From the human T2T-CHM13v2.0 reference genome, Homo sapiens, in the NCBI RefSeq assembly GCF_009914755.1, contig NC_060926.1: a stretch of DNA of 64,000 nucleotides; one strand, written 5' to 3'. Below the pieces are notes generated by a model. It was not told the origin of the DNA and ran no database searches. It saw nothing but the letters and a program-made list of their open reading frames with translations. Shown here one piece after another: positions 41,978 to 64,000 of this stretch. The translations under genes were made by a program, and so were the position numbers. The first letter of the stretch is position 1. Each line of letters begins with the position of its first letter.

Positions 41978-42554
41978 TTCCTTTTCTTTTTATTATAATA
42001 AGATAATATTTTGATGATGAGAGAAAAGAAAGCCATATTTATTTTGAAAAACATACTATTCACTGCCTTTCTGGTTTCTAAATCAATCTCTGGTTTAGTT
42101 GAGGTATCAGTTCTTCTGGGTCTGAACCACACGTGTTCACTCACAAAACTGAGCTGCTGAGGAGAAGTAGAGCTTGATCTTGTTATCACTAGCTAGCTCT
42201 GTGTAGTCAGAGCGCCTAAATATCCTGCACTATGCTGACTGCTACCTCAAGCGGCAGAGACAGTAATACCCACCACCCTTACAGACAGCACAAATGACAT
42301 GCTAGCACATTCAGGCCAGAGGCAGGAAGAAGGCATGTGTTTTCAAGACAGAAAGGCAGACTTAATAACACACATTCTCTTGGTTTTCTCATCTGTAAAA
42401 TGGGAGGAATGATGCCTTGCCCAAGTGTTGCCAGGATTGAGTAAGATAATGTAGTGAAAGCACCCAGCACACAGAGGGTGCTGAATAAATGGTTGCTACT
42501 GTTATTGCCCTACGTCCAGGCTGACTACAACAAAAGTGATATTAGGCAAACACA

Positions 42555-45500
42555 GTAACAAGCAAGGAATGTTTTATTGTGTACATTTTCTCAAAAAAAA
42601 AAAAACCCACAAAAACAGAACCCACAAATAGGAGCAAAGAACAGTTTTCTAGCATCTCTGGGATACACAGGGCACCATATCTTATAGAAACATAGCTAGT
42701 ACAAGAACAAAGTGTACTAATTAACATTACCCCTTGCTTCCCCAGTCAAAAAAGGCTATAGAGAAAAACACTTTAAATTGTACTCTAATACAAATTTGTT
42801 GCACAATTAAACTTCAACTTACTCAAAGAGTTATTGTATTGTAAACTGCAGAAAATAGAATAGGCATTCAATAAATCTGCTCACAATTAACAATTAAGCA
42901 ATAGACACTTGAATAAATATAGCATGTATTACTTATTTGTTAAGCCTTACACTTACGATGAGCAGATGGTTTATCACTATATAGTAACAGATTTTTTTTA
43001 CACTTTAGGAGATACCATATCCAATAACGGAAGTAGAAGTACTTTAACGAAAACTGATTTTAGAAAAATATCTCCTTGGGTCTGAGCTACTATGGTATTT
43101 ATTACATATTTGGGTCAGTTTCACCAGTTTAAAAATATAGGTACTAACAAACTGAATTCTTTCATGGGAGAACAAAGTAATACATTCTAGAGCAATAATA
43201 TTTCTTTATATCCTTTAGGTAGCAGGACAGAGCTAGGACATAGTAAAGAGATTTACGATGTAATGAATAATTTGTTTCTACCTAATGCTATAGGGGTATT
43301 GCTATCATTTGAACTAAGAAAGAACAATTTTAAAACTTGTTTATAATGAAGAATCGGCATTTCCTTACCACATATATACTAGATGTAAATATAAGGATCT
43401 TCTCTAATAGTCTGTATTCCTTAATCCCTATCTGTACAAATTAGCCTGCATATTCAGGAATGGAACAACCAGTAAACTGTTACTTGAAGAACTAATTTAA
43501 ATGATCCATTTAAGAGAAATGCAGTCAAAATAAGGCAATAACCATCAGCCTATCTGTACTTTTCTTCTGTGCCTACTCAGTAAAATTGAGAAAATAATTT
43601 TTGCCCACTTCTATAAAAATATCACCCCATTTGCTACCTAGCATATGAGAGAGACAAGACTAGCCTGTCACGTTTGTCTCTAAAAAGAAAAATGATAGGC
43701 CTGGTGGAGAGCAAGCTATATGGAAACATCAGCCTTTCCTTTTCTAAGATACGTCACTCCAATTCTTCCTTAAATATAAACTTCCTCCTTGATTTATATT
43801 AACCCCTTAGGAGGCACTATAATAACTTTATGTTCCCATGGAACATAGGGTTTTTCAAGAATTTCTTAAAATAAAAAAGGTTTGAAAGCTATGGAGTAAA
43901 CTCAGCAGCTGTGATATTCCGTTCAATCTACCACAGATGTCAAACGGTCACATTTTACAGAAGTCAAAGGAAAACAAAACCACAGTTCTGCACTCTTCCA
44001 CAGGGCAAGGAATTGATCATATTCTATTTTCCTTTCAGGAATTCATAAAATCCCTAGGATAGCACCTTTGTATGGGCTGAACCATTAACTGAACTAAAAT
44101 TAATACAGGAAGCTTAACATTCAACATTGTGCTTGAACAAAACTTACCACTACTCAATTTTTCTTCCAAACTATGTTAGTAATATACATTTTGCAAAGAG
44201 TCTAGAAAGTTTTTAAAAGAAATCTCTTTAGGTGATGTAACACGAAAACTCTAAGGAACAACAAAACCCTTCAGTCTTATTTCTGAAGACAAGTCAATGT
44301 TTAATGCAGATCATTCCAGTACATGATGTGCGTGACCCCCTTTCCTTTCCTTACGTGTGTCACACAGCCATTAAGACATTTTAGTTTGATCGCCTCCTTA
44401 AACTTTTCAGTCCCTCTAAGACATCATTATAAAACAAATTTAGTCCTTTAGTTTTATCATATGGAATGACCCTATTGTCCTGGTACGATCCCAACACAGT
44501 GATGCAGTACTGAGGTTTTTTTTTTTTAATCAATATCCATTAGTAAGATTAGCAAAGATACTGTTGCTATTTTTATATTTGTCCTTTAAAAAGGTAGGCC
44601 CTTCTCCACTTACTTCCATATCCCTAGAGAAATAGATATATGTACTGTTGTCAAAAAAAATCAAACACACAAATACTGGAATATTAAAAGACAGGCTCCT
44701 CATTTCTTCTCTTCCTCATCCTGGTACACAGTGCCCAAAAGCTTTAGAAATGCCATTATGAACAATAGCTTTTGCTAGTTGTTAGGAAAGCAATTTATGA
44801 GTTGGGAATTATTGTGGAAGACTTGATGGATGATTATAGCTCTGGGTCACTAACTTCTTTTTATGAAAACATGAATAATACTAGTTATAACTCAAAGTCA
44901 AAATAGTGTAAAAGCTGTGGAGTGCTTTTGTAGGGGGTATATTAAATTGCCAGAATATTGCAGAGGCTCATCTTGGAACAAGAAGTAGAATGCTGTTTCA
45001 GTTAAGAGGACTGGGCTGTTTCAGGCAACAGACTGATCATTTCGCATCACAGTGGTGGCTGGGTTTTCCATCAGTCATTACTAATGGCAATGAGAAAAAG
45101 TCAGGCGGCTTGTGTGACTCCCATGTTAACAGCACCATAAAAAAGTTTTGCCCTAGGAATTTGGGGGAAAGGGAAGAATGCGGACTGCCTTTGTTATTAC
45201 AGAAATTTCACAACTTACTTAATGACAACCTCGAAAGTTCACCTGTGGCATACTGGCTGGGAAGAGAAACAACTGAAGCAAGCCAATGCTAAGTGCAGAT
45301 TATGGCACTACCTGAAAATAACAGATCTCTTTAAGAAGTTTATCAATAACTAAGTGTAGAGGATATTCACATACTGCCAAGTCATAGGGAAAGGTCTCTG
45401 GTTTCGTAAGTTCCTAATGCCACCCCTCAAGAAAGAGAGAACAAGTCTTCCCTCCCCCAGCTCCTGCTCTGACAACAGCCACAAGAACCCTGGAAGGCCC

Positions 45501-45880
45501 CCTAGGCTAAGTGAAGTGTCTGTACTTGTGACTGCTTTGAGAAGGTTCTAAGCATTCACTTTTTTGTTTGATTTTTTGTCCCCGCTAAAACTCATTTGCT
45601 AGCTCATTCTTTCACTACACATTAGCTGTTCATGGGGAAGTTTTGCTGAAGTAATTCCAGTCTTCAGGGAACCACTATGGACAGACCTTTTCCATATTAG
45701 TCCCCATGGGTAAGTTCCACAAATGCCCCAAAACACACCTTTACATTTTCTTTTTAAAAATGTTGATTTGTTTGTAAGTGGCTACTGTCCATTCACGAGA
45801 CAGCGCTGTGGAGCTGCGTGAGAGGGACTTCATTTGGTGGAGCTGCTGTTCTTAGGTGTGGACGCTGCCCAGCTCTCAGA
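42555..45880 (-). other. WDFY1: WDFY1 3' UTR (~3.3 kb)
   Basis: AT-rich, Alu-free sequence between the stop codon and the AATAAA. Confidence 0.75.
42573..42578 (-). terminator. WDFY1: WDFY1 polyadenylation signal AATAAA
   Basis: The minus strand reads AATAAAacattccttgcttgttactgtgtttgcc: a hexamer followed by a GU-rich element, at the end of the repeat-free UTR block. Confidence 0.75.
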
Positions 45881-45940
45881 TCAGTGCGGAGAAAACCCAG
45901 TCGCCAGACTGCAGCCCACCACAGGTGTCATGTCCCAGAT
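45881..45940 (-). CDS. WDFY1: WDFY1 last coding exon (exon 12): IWDMTPVVGCSLATGFSPH*
   Basis: Acceptor ttccttgtag|ATC, phase 0; TGA at 45883-45881. Confidence 0.95.
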   Translation of the reverse strand: MWDMTPVVGCSLATGFSPH

Positions 45941-46111
45941 CTACAAGGAAGGAAGAAACGCAGAAAAGGCAGCAGTGATAACCAGGTCTAACGGCAAGAG
46001 TCAACACAGACAAACAAACGACTGTTAAACCTGAAAAGGTGTCAAATTAATGAATTTTCTCATTCTCCTCTTTCATAACACCTTCTTAAGATTTATAGAA
46101 AGAGGCCAGGT

Positions 46112-46904
<793 letters not shown>

Positions 46905-47333
46905 TCATTTCAATTTATGTGTTAGTGACCCAGGGATTTAATTGTTAAAATGTGTGGTTATTCCTTATACTGAGGACGCATTCTGCCCAGGATGAAAAGG
47001 AACATTGGCAAGCGTAGGAATGTCTTGAGATGGGTCAGGGGTGAGGACCCAGGCCAGCAAGGGAGAACCCAGAGGTCAACTCCACCCATAGGGATATACA
47101 GGGTGCCAGACTCACTCTGCCAGACAGACACTGCAGAGGGAGGTGCCACTGGGACTGACCACCAATGAATGCATGGAAACTCAGAGGCAAGCAGTTTGTT
47201 ACTCAAGGTTTTAAACTGGCAATCATTTGCTTATAAAGCTTGCCAGTCAGAAAGAGTGACTGTCTCCTGCACATTCACAGCATGGTAATAGGCAATCTCA
47301 ACTGAGATGCTGACAGACAATTAGCCAGCTTAC

Positions 47334-47442
47334 CTTTACAATGCGGTCGGTCCCACAGGTCACCATCAGTCCCCTGGCAATGTCCATGGACATGTGGGAA
47401 ATGTTATGTTTTCCTTCATGAAAGGTCGCTAGAGAAGTCCGA
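47334..47442 (-). CDS. WDFY1: WDFY1 exon 11 (109 nt): (D)RTSLATFHEGKHNISHMSMDIARGLMVTCGTDRIVK
   Basis: Acceptor cttgttag|T, donor AAG|gtaagc; frame continuous with both neighbours; WD40 repeat. Confidence 0.95.
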
Positions 47443-47512
47443 CTAACAAGAGAAAAGAGATCACTGAAAATTTACTTGACTGTACCTAGAGCTAGTGGGG
47501 TAAGCTTTTTTA

Positions 47513-49090
<1,578 letters not shown>

Positions 49091-49151
49091 TCAGAGAACC
49101 ATTAGACAGATGTAATAAGAGGCAATGAGACAAAAATATGCAAACACTCAC

Positions 49152-51184
<2,033 letters not shown>

Positions 51185-51858
51185 TAGGCTAATCGCTCAT
51201 AGAGATGCAACCAATAATAAAAGGAATAAAATCAGCATTCTTTTTTACTTACCTGCTTTTTTTTTTTTTTGTAGAACTTTAGTATTACAAGAATCCTTTA
51301 ACAGCACCTTTAAAATCTACAGGCTATTTGGAACATATTTCTTTAATTAAAAAATTTAAAAAACAGTACTCAAAACATGCTTAATAAAAATATTCCAGGT
51401 ATGCTTATAAGGGAACAATTTAAAATAATCTAAAACTCATAGGGTCAGGCATTCAAGTGAGGACTAAATTATTACTTTTTATCTGTTTGTGACAGCATAA
51501 GGTATATAACTGTATGACTTTATTCTAATTTTGTTCTTGGCTAGCATAAAACACTGACTTTAATAAGTAATAGTCTTAAACTGAAAGATCTTTTATCTGT
51601 TTAAAAATAGGCTCTCAGGATTTTCTACGCACCCCTGCCTTTCCAATACAGGACAAGCAATGGAAAAGTGAGGTAACAGTCTCACTGGCCCTGGGAAAGG
51701 TCTTCCTCATTGTTAGTCACACAATGATAAAGACATAGAAAATGTAGGAATTAATAGCATTTGCAAAAACAAAGTGTGTTTCAAAAAAACCCCAGATTAA
51801 GTATGCAAATAGTGAAATACACAATCAAGCCAGAGATGACTCGACAGTGGCTACTCAC

Positions 51859-51960
51859 TTGTCTTAGCCCCAGCGTCTTGGTGTCCCACATCTGCTTTAT
51901 GTTCCAGAAAAATGGCTGCTCACATTTCTGACAAGAATCACTTTCCAACCACTGAGGAGC
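51859..51960 (-). CDS. WDFY1: WDFY1 exon 9 (102 nt): APQWLESDSCQKCEQPFFWNIKQMWDTKTLGLRQ
   Basis: Acceptor ctcccccag|GCT, donor CAA|gtgagt; start of the FYVE domain. Confidence 0.97.
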
Positions 51961-52059
51961 CTGGGGGAGCAGAAAGTCAAAGCCACCATCAGTGTGTCTA
52001 TATTTACTCCCATGTTTCAAAATTAATACAACAGTTCTAGACCTTGCCAAGGTTAGTAT

Positions 52060-56422
<4,363 letters not shown>

Positions 56423-56442
56423 TCTCAATTCATTTCTAATAG

Positions 56443-56484
56443 TCATAGCAAGTGGTTCATAGCAAGTGGTTCGTAGCAAGTCGT
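56443..56484. repeat. 14-bp tandem repeat x3
   Basis: tcatagcaagtggt tcatagcaagtggt tcgtagcaagtcgt. Confidence 0.9.
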
Positions 56485-56595
56485 CACAAAGTCTAGGAGT
56501 CAGATCTCTTGCCTTCCAATCCTGGCTCTGCCACTTGTCAGCAGTGTCCTCAGGCACGTGACTCAACTTCTCTGTGCCTAGGTTTCCTTATCCAC

Positions 56596-56952
56596 TGTTA
56601 TGGTCTGGCTCTGTGTCCCTACCCACATCTCACTTAGAATTGTAATAATCCCCATGTGTCATGGGAGGGACCCAGTAGGATGTAATTGAATCATGGGGGT
56701 GGGTTTTTCCCATGCTATTCTCCTGGTAGTGAGTAAGTCTCACAATATCTGATGGTTTTACAAAGGGGAGTTCCCCTGCACATGCCCTCTTGCCTTCCAT
56801 GTAAGACATGACTTTGCTCCTCCTTCACCTTCCACCATGATTGTGACGCCTCCCCAGCCATGTGGAATTGTAAGTCCATTAAACCTCTTTCCTTTATAAA
56901 TTACCCAGTCTCAGGCATATCTTTATTAGCAGCCTGAGAATGGACTAATACA
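56596..56952 (+). mobile_element. THE1 (C/D-like) solo LTR inside a MIR, antisense to WDFY1
   Basis: tgttatggtctggctctgtgtccc ... gaatggactaataca; the MIR (ggtttccttat...ctgtaaaatgggataa) is interrupted at this point. Confidence 0.88.
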
Positions 56953-57408
56953 TCTGTAAAATGGGATAACAGTAGTATATACCTCATAAGGTTGTGAGGA
57001 TTAAGTGAGTTAATATTTGGGAAGTGTTCAGAATACTATGTGGCATACAATAAGTGACATCTAAGTCCAGGCAATGTGCCAAGTGTTTCATGTTTTTTTA
57101 TTCTACTTAATTTTCATTATGTCCTAGGAGATACCGAGCAACACTATCCCTATTTTACAGGCAAAGAAACTGGCTCAGAGATTAAAGCAACTGTCAATGA
57201 GTACACGCAGATCCTGGGCAGATCCAGGAGTCCAGCCTGCCTCTCTCTGTGTATCCCTATGCTCCACACAGCCTCTGTATATGAGGCCTATCCACTTCTA
57301 CCTATGGGGGTCTCCAAACATGGTCCTGGTCTAGGGCAACCTACAGATCTGAGCTCTTGCCTCAGGGAGCATGATTCTGTTTACAGGTTTAAGAAAGAAT
57401 ATTACTTT

Positions 57409-60799
<3,391 letters not shown>

Positions 60800-61467
60800 T
60801 TAGACTGTCTGTCTAAAGAACTGGAAGACAACTGAGAAGTCATTTCATTCCACAATTCCACTTTATGTAGGAGGGAACAGATACTTAGAGAAATTAAGGC
60901 ACTTAACCAAATAAGGTCTCACAACTAGTTAGTGGCCGAACCAAGTTAGAAATTAGGTCACCTGAAAAGAATACTATGTCGACATGGCCTCAGTGAACTA
61001 GAACTCAATGGGAAGTAAAAGCAGAGAAATGGAAATATATTTTCCCAGAAACCTGTCAAGTGTTTAGCTATGTCCCTGACAGCAGTCACTGATGCATCTC
61101 TCAGGGTTTCCTACAGGAATGCTACGGGACCACAATGGTGCTTCGGAGGACCTCTATGCAGTCCAAATCACTGGATATGCCAGAAATCTGTCTCAAAGTG
61201 TTATCTCAGTGTATTGCTCAAGGCTGAGAACCAGCCTAAACGCTGATTGTATATACTGCATGTCATTGGTAGAAACTCTCAAATGAGCAGAGGAAGCAAT
61301 GCAAAATGACACAAAGGACCTTGTCAGAAATAACCCATTAGCAGAAGGGGAAGCTGGGACTGTCTGCACCTGGACCAGCATTTACAGCTTGCGGGGTGAA
61401 AAGCCAAGAAGAAGCCAGGTTCTTGGGGGTCTCCCCCGATCAGCCTGGACTTGCCCTTGTCTCTTAC

Positions 61468-61573
61468 CTCTTCTCTGCTAACATCCATGTTCCACACTGC
61501 AATTCCGCCGTCCGAGGAACAGGAGACGAGCTGCCTGGTGAGCTGAAGGTAGCACAGCGACTGCACCTTGTCA
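61468..61573 (-). CDS. WDFY1: WDFY1 exon 8 (106 nt): (H)DKVQSLCYLQLTRQLVSCSSDGGIAVWNMDVSREE
   Basis: Acceptor gtttgcag|T, donor GAG|gtaaga; WD40 repeat; frame consistent. Confidence 0.96.
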
Positions 61574-62737
61574 CTGCAAACAGCACACACAACAGTCACT
61601 TGTCTCCATGCGGAAAAACACAGGAACTGTCTTCATTTAGGCTCAAATTGCTCTCCTCATTAAAATCAGCAAGTGGTATTTTACCACTGACTATTTAGCA
61701 TGGTAAAATGAATTCTAGTATAAACTTTACTTGGCATTTTATAACTCATAATACAGAATGATACTTTCTATAAAATATATGACTACTTTCAAATCGGTCA
61801 TTAAGAATTGTAGGCCAGAGATTTGATGAGGGCTATGGTTTTTGGGACCAATCAACATGATTTCCCTTTCAGATGCATAAGATTTACCTACTTGTTCAGA
61901 AACAAGAACGAAGGAGGTATAACTCCCCTACTGACCACAATTCATATGAACAAGGAGTCAAACACCACAAAGATCACTAGTGTGCACACACAAACACACA
62001 CAGACACACACAGATGGGGTGAAGACCTCTGTCCCTCCTGCATGCCTGTCATACTACCCCTTAGGATGCCCAAGGAAACAAGCTCTTGGCCTGTTATACT
62101 TGTGTATAATATGTTTCCTCAGCTAATTTTCAGCTTGACTGTGATTATAGTAACAGCTGCAGCCTAGCCAAAAAGGAAAGAAAAGAAAGCAAGGTGAAGA
62201 TGTATTTCTTTTTCTTTCAGGGCTACAGGGCAAGATCCTAAATATACAATGGTATCACTCAGGTGAATTCCACTGTCAAACTAGACAACATTTCTTAATT
62301 TAATATCTTTTAGAATAAAAAAACAAAGAACAAAAAACAAGTTAGGCTCCCAGCTCAACAACAGCTTAGTATCATGTTACATGCAACCTTCCATGGTCAA
62401 AGTCCTCACCTGCATCTCTATCCTATGCCTGCCTTAATCAGATATTTCAACAGGGTGACTCCTTGAGAGAAAAAGTGGCAAGTGCTCTTTGGACTAAGGA
62501 GGAAGAAAGCCCTGCATTTGTTTTTTTGTTTGTTTGTTTGTTTTGTTTAGTTTTTTGCTACTAAACATCAGACACTCGGGGCTGACAGAAAGCAGTTAAA
62601 AGTGAACTGAGCCCTATCAATGATAATTGCCATCTTAGAACGTGGGGTTTGCAGAAAGTGGTATCAGACTATTAATGCCTTTCACTAGCTCCCCACTAAC
62701 TCGGATTCTTTCCCCACCCCCACAAGTGGTCACGCAC

Positions 62738-62864
62738 TGATGGCCCTGAAGTAACAGCGTCCGGCCTTTCCTTCCTCCGATGTCCCACATGATGATGCTG
62801 TTGTCAGATGCTCCTGAGAAGAGTAACCGCTGAATAGGGTCCCACCAGAGGCAGGCGACACTAC
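62738..62864 (-). CDS. WDFY1: WDFY1 exon 7 (127 nt): (G)SVACLWWDPIQRLLFSGASDNSIIMWDIGGRKGRTLLLQGH(H)
   Basis: Acceptor ccctag|GT, donor CA|gtgcgt; WD40 repeat with WD and GH dipeptides. Exon numbering assumes the recalled 12-exon, 410-aa gene. Confidence 0.96.
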
Positions 62865-63108
62865 CTAGGGATTTGTGAGAGAGAGAGAGAGAGGGAGGCA
62901 GGGGAGAAGTAAAATATAACTCTACATCAGGACGTATACATTTGACAGCTGAAGACCAAACTAGGAGCAGCTGAGTCTTTAAGCAAAAAGGTATCTTCAT
63001 GGTGTACAACAGGTCATTCAACCATGCTATCATGAGTCATACAGAAGACACAGCACCATTATCCACAGTCATAAGATTACAATTTTCAATTGTGCATCAA
63101 ACTACTTT

Positions 63109-63577
<469 letters not shown>

Positions 63578-64000
63578 CTACACAAGATAAAAAAATCTAG
63601 ATTATTCTGGGTCTCTGGGACATGGCAGGTGTTTTACCCCAAGATGTCTATGTTTAAGCAAATTACATTAAGTACCACAGAAAAAAGTCTGTTGTACACT
63701 ACATAATTATGCCAAGTAATTTATGTGAAAAATCTGAACTTCACATTTCATACTTTATATTGGCTAACTTATCAAATTTGAAACCCTTGGGGAAATCTTT
63801 CTTTCTACAGGTATATCTTTCAGTAGGTCCTTTCCTTGTTCATCGACTGCTGTTTGTCTAGAAGAAACATTAATCAACTTAGTAAAACTGAACCAGCCAC
63901 ACAAGCTAATAATAATTTTGGTAGGTATATAGAAAATTAATTATGCCATATTCAAAAGCAAACAGAAACTACTTTATCACATACACTTTCCAAAAACAGA

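Overview
Primate genomic DNA, almost certainly human. The two genes match the AP1S3-WDFY1 interval on 2q36.1 (recognised from memory, not by database search). Both lie on the minus strand. The right third holds the last six exons of WDFY1, a WD40/FYVE protein. Their splice sites and reading frame were checked base by base, the stop codon is at 45881, and a ~3.3 kb 3' UTR ends near 42555. The left end holds the CpG-island promoter and the ATG-only first exon of AP1S3 (ATG at 4652-4650), whose intron 1 runs off the window. The ~38 kb between the genes is a dense transposon field. It includes LTR elements, several with clear target-site duplications (MST, MER4E-like, THE1B, a full-length THE1 provirus, MER41B, MER57, MLT2A), plus L1, L2 and MIR relics. 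The whole window carries more than 60 Alu copies or fragments. No novel protein-coding gene is supported; almost all ORFs in the track come from Alu, LTR or CpG-island sequence. The best leads are regulatory: a MER41B with STAT sites between two TLR3-pathway genes, a phase-compatible WDFY1-AP1S3 read-through fusion, a Met-Val-stop uORF and a duplication-created kB site at the AP1S3 promoter, back-to-back THE1 LTRs with DUX4 motifs, inverted Alus around a FYVE exon, and an anomalous CpG/GATA-rich segment near 38 kb. Repeat subfamily names come from recalled consensus sequences and should be confirmed with RepeatMasker/Dfam.
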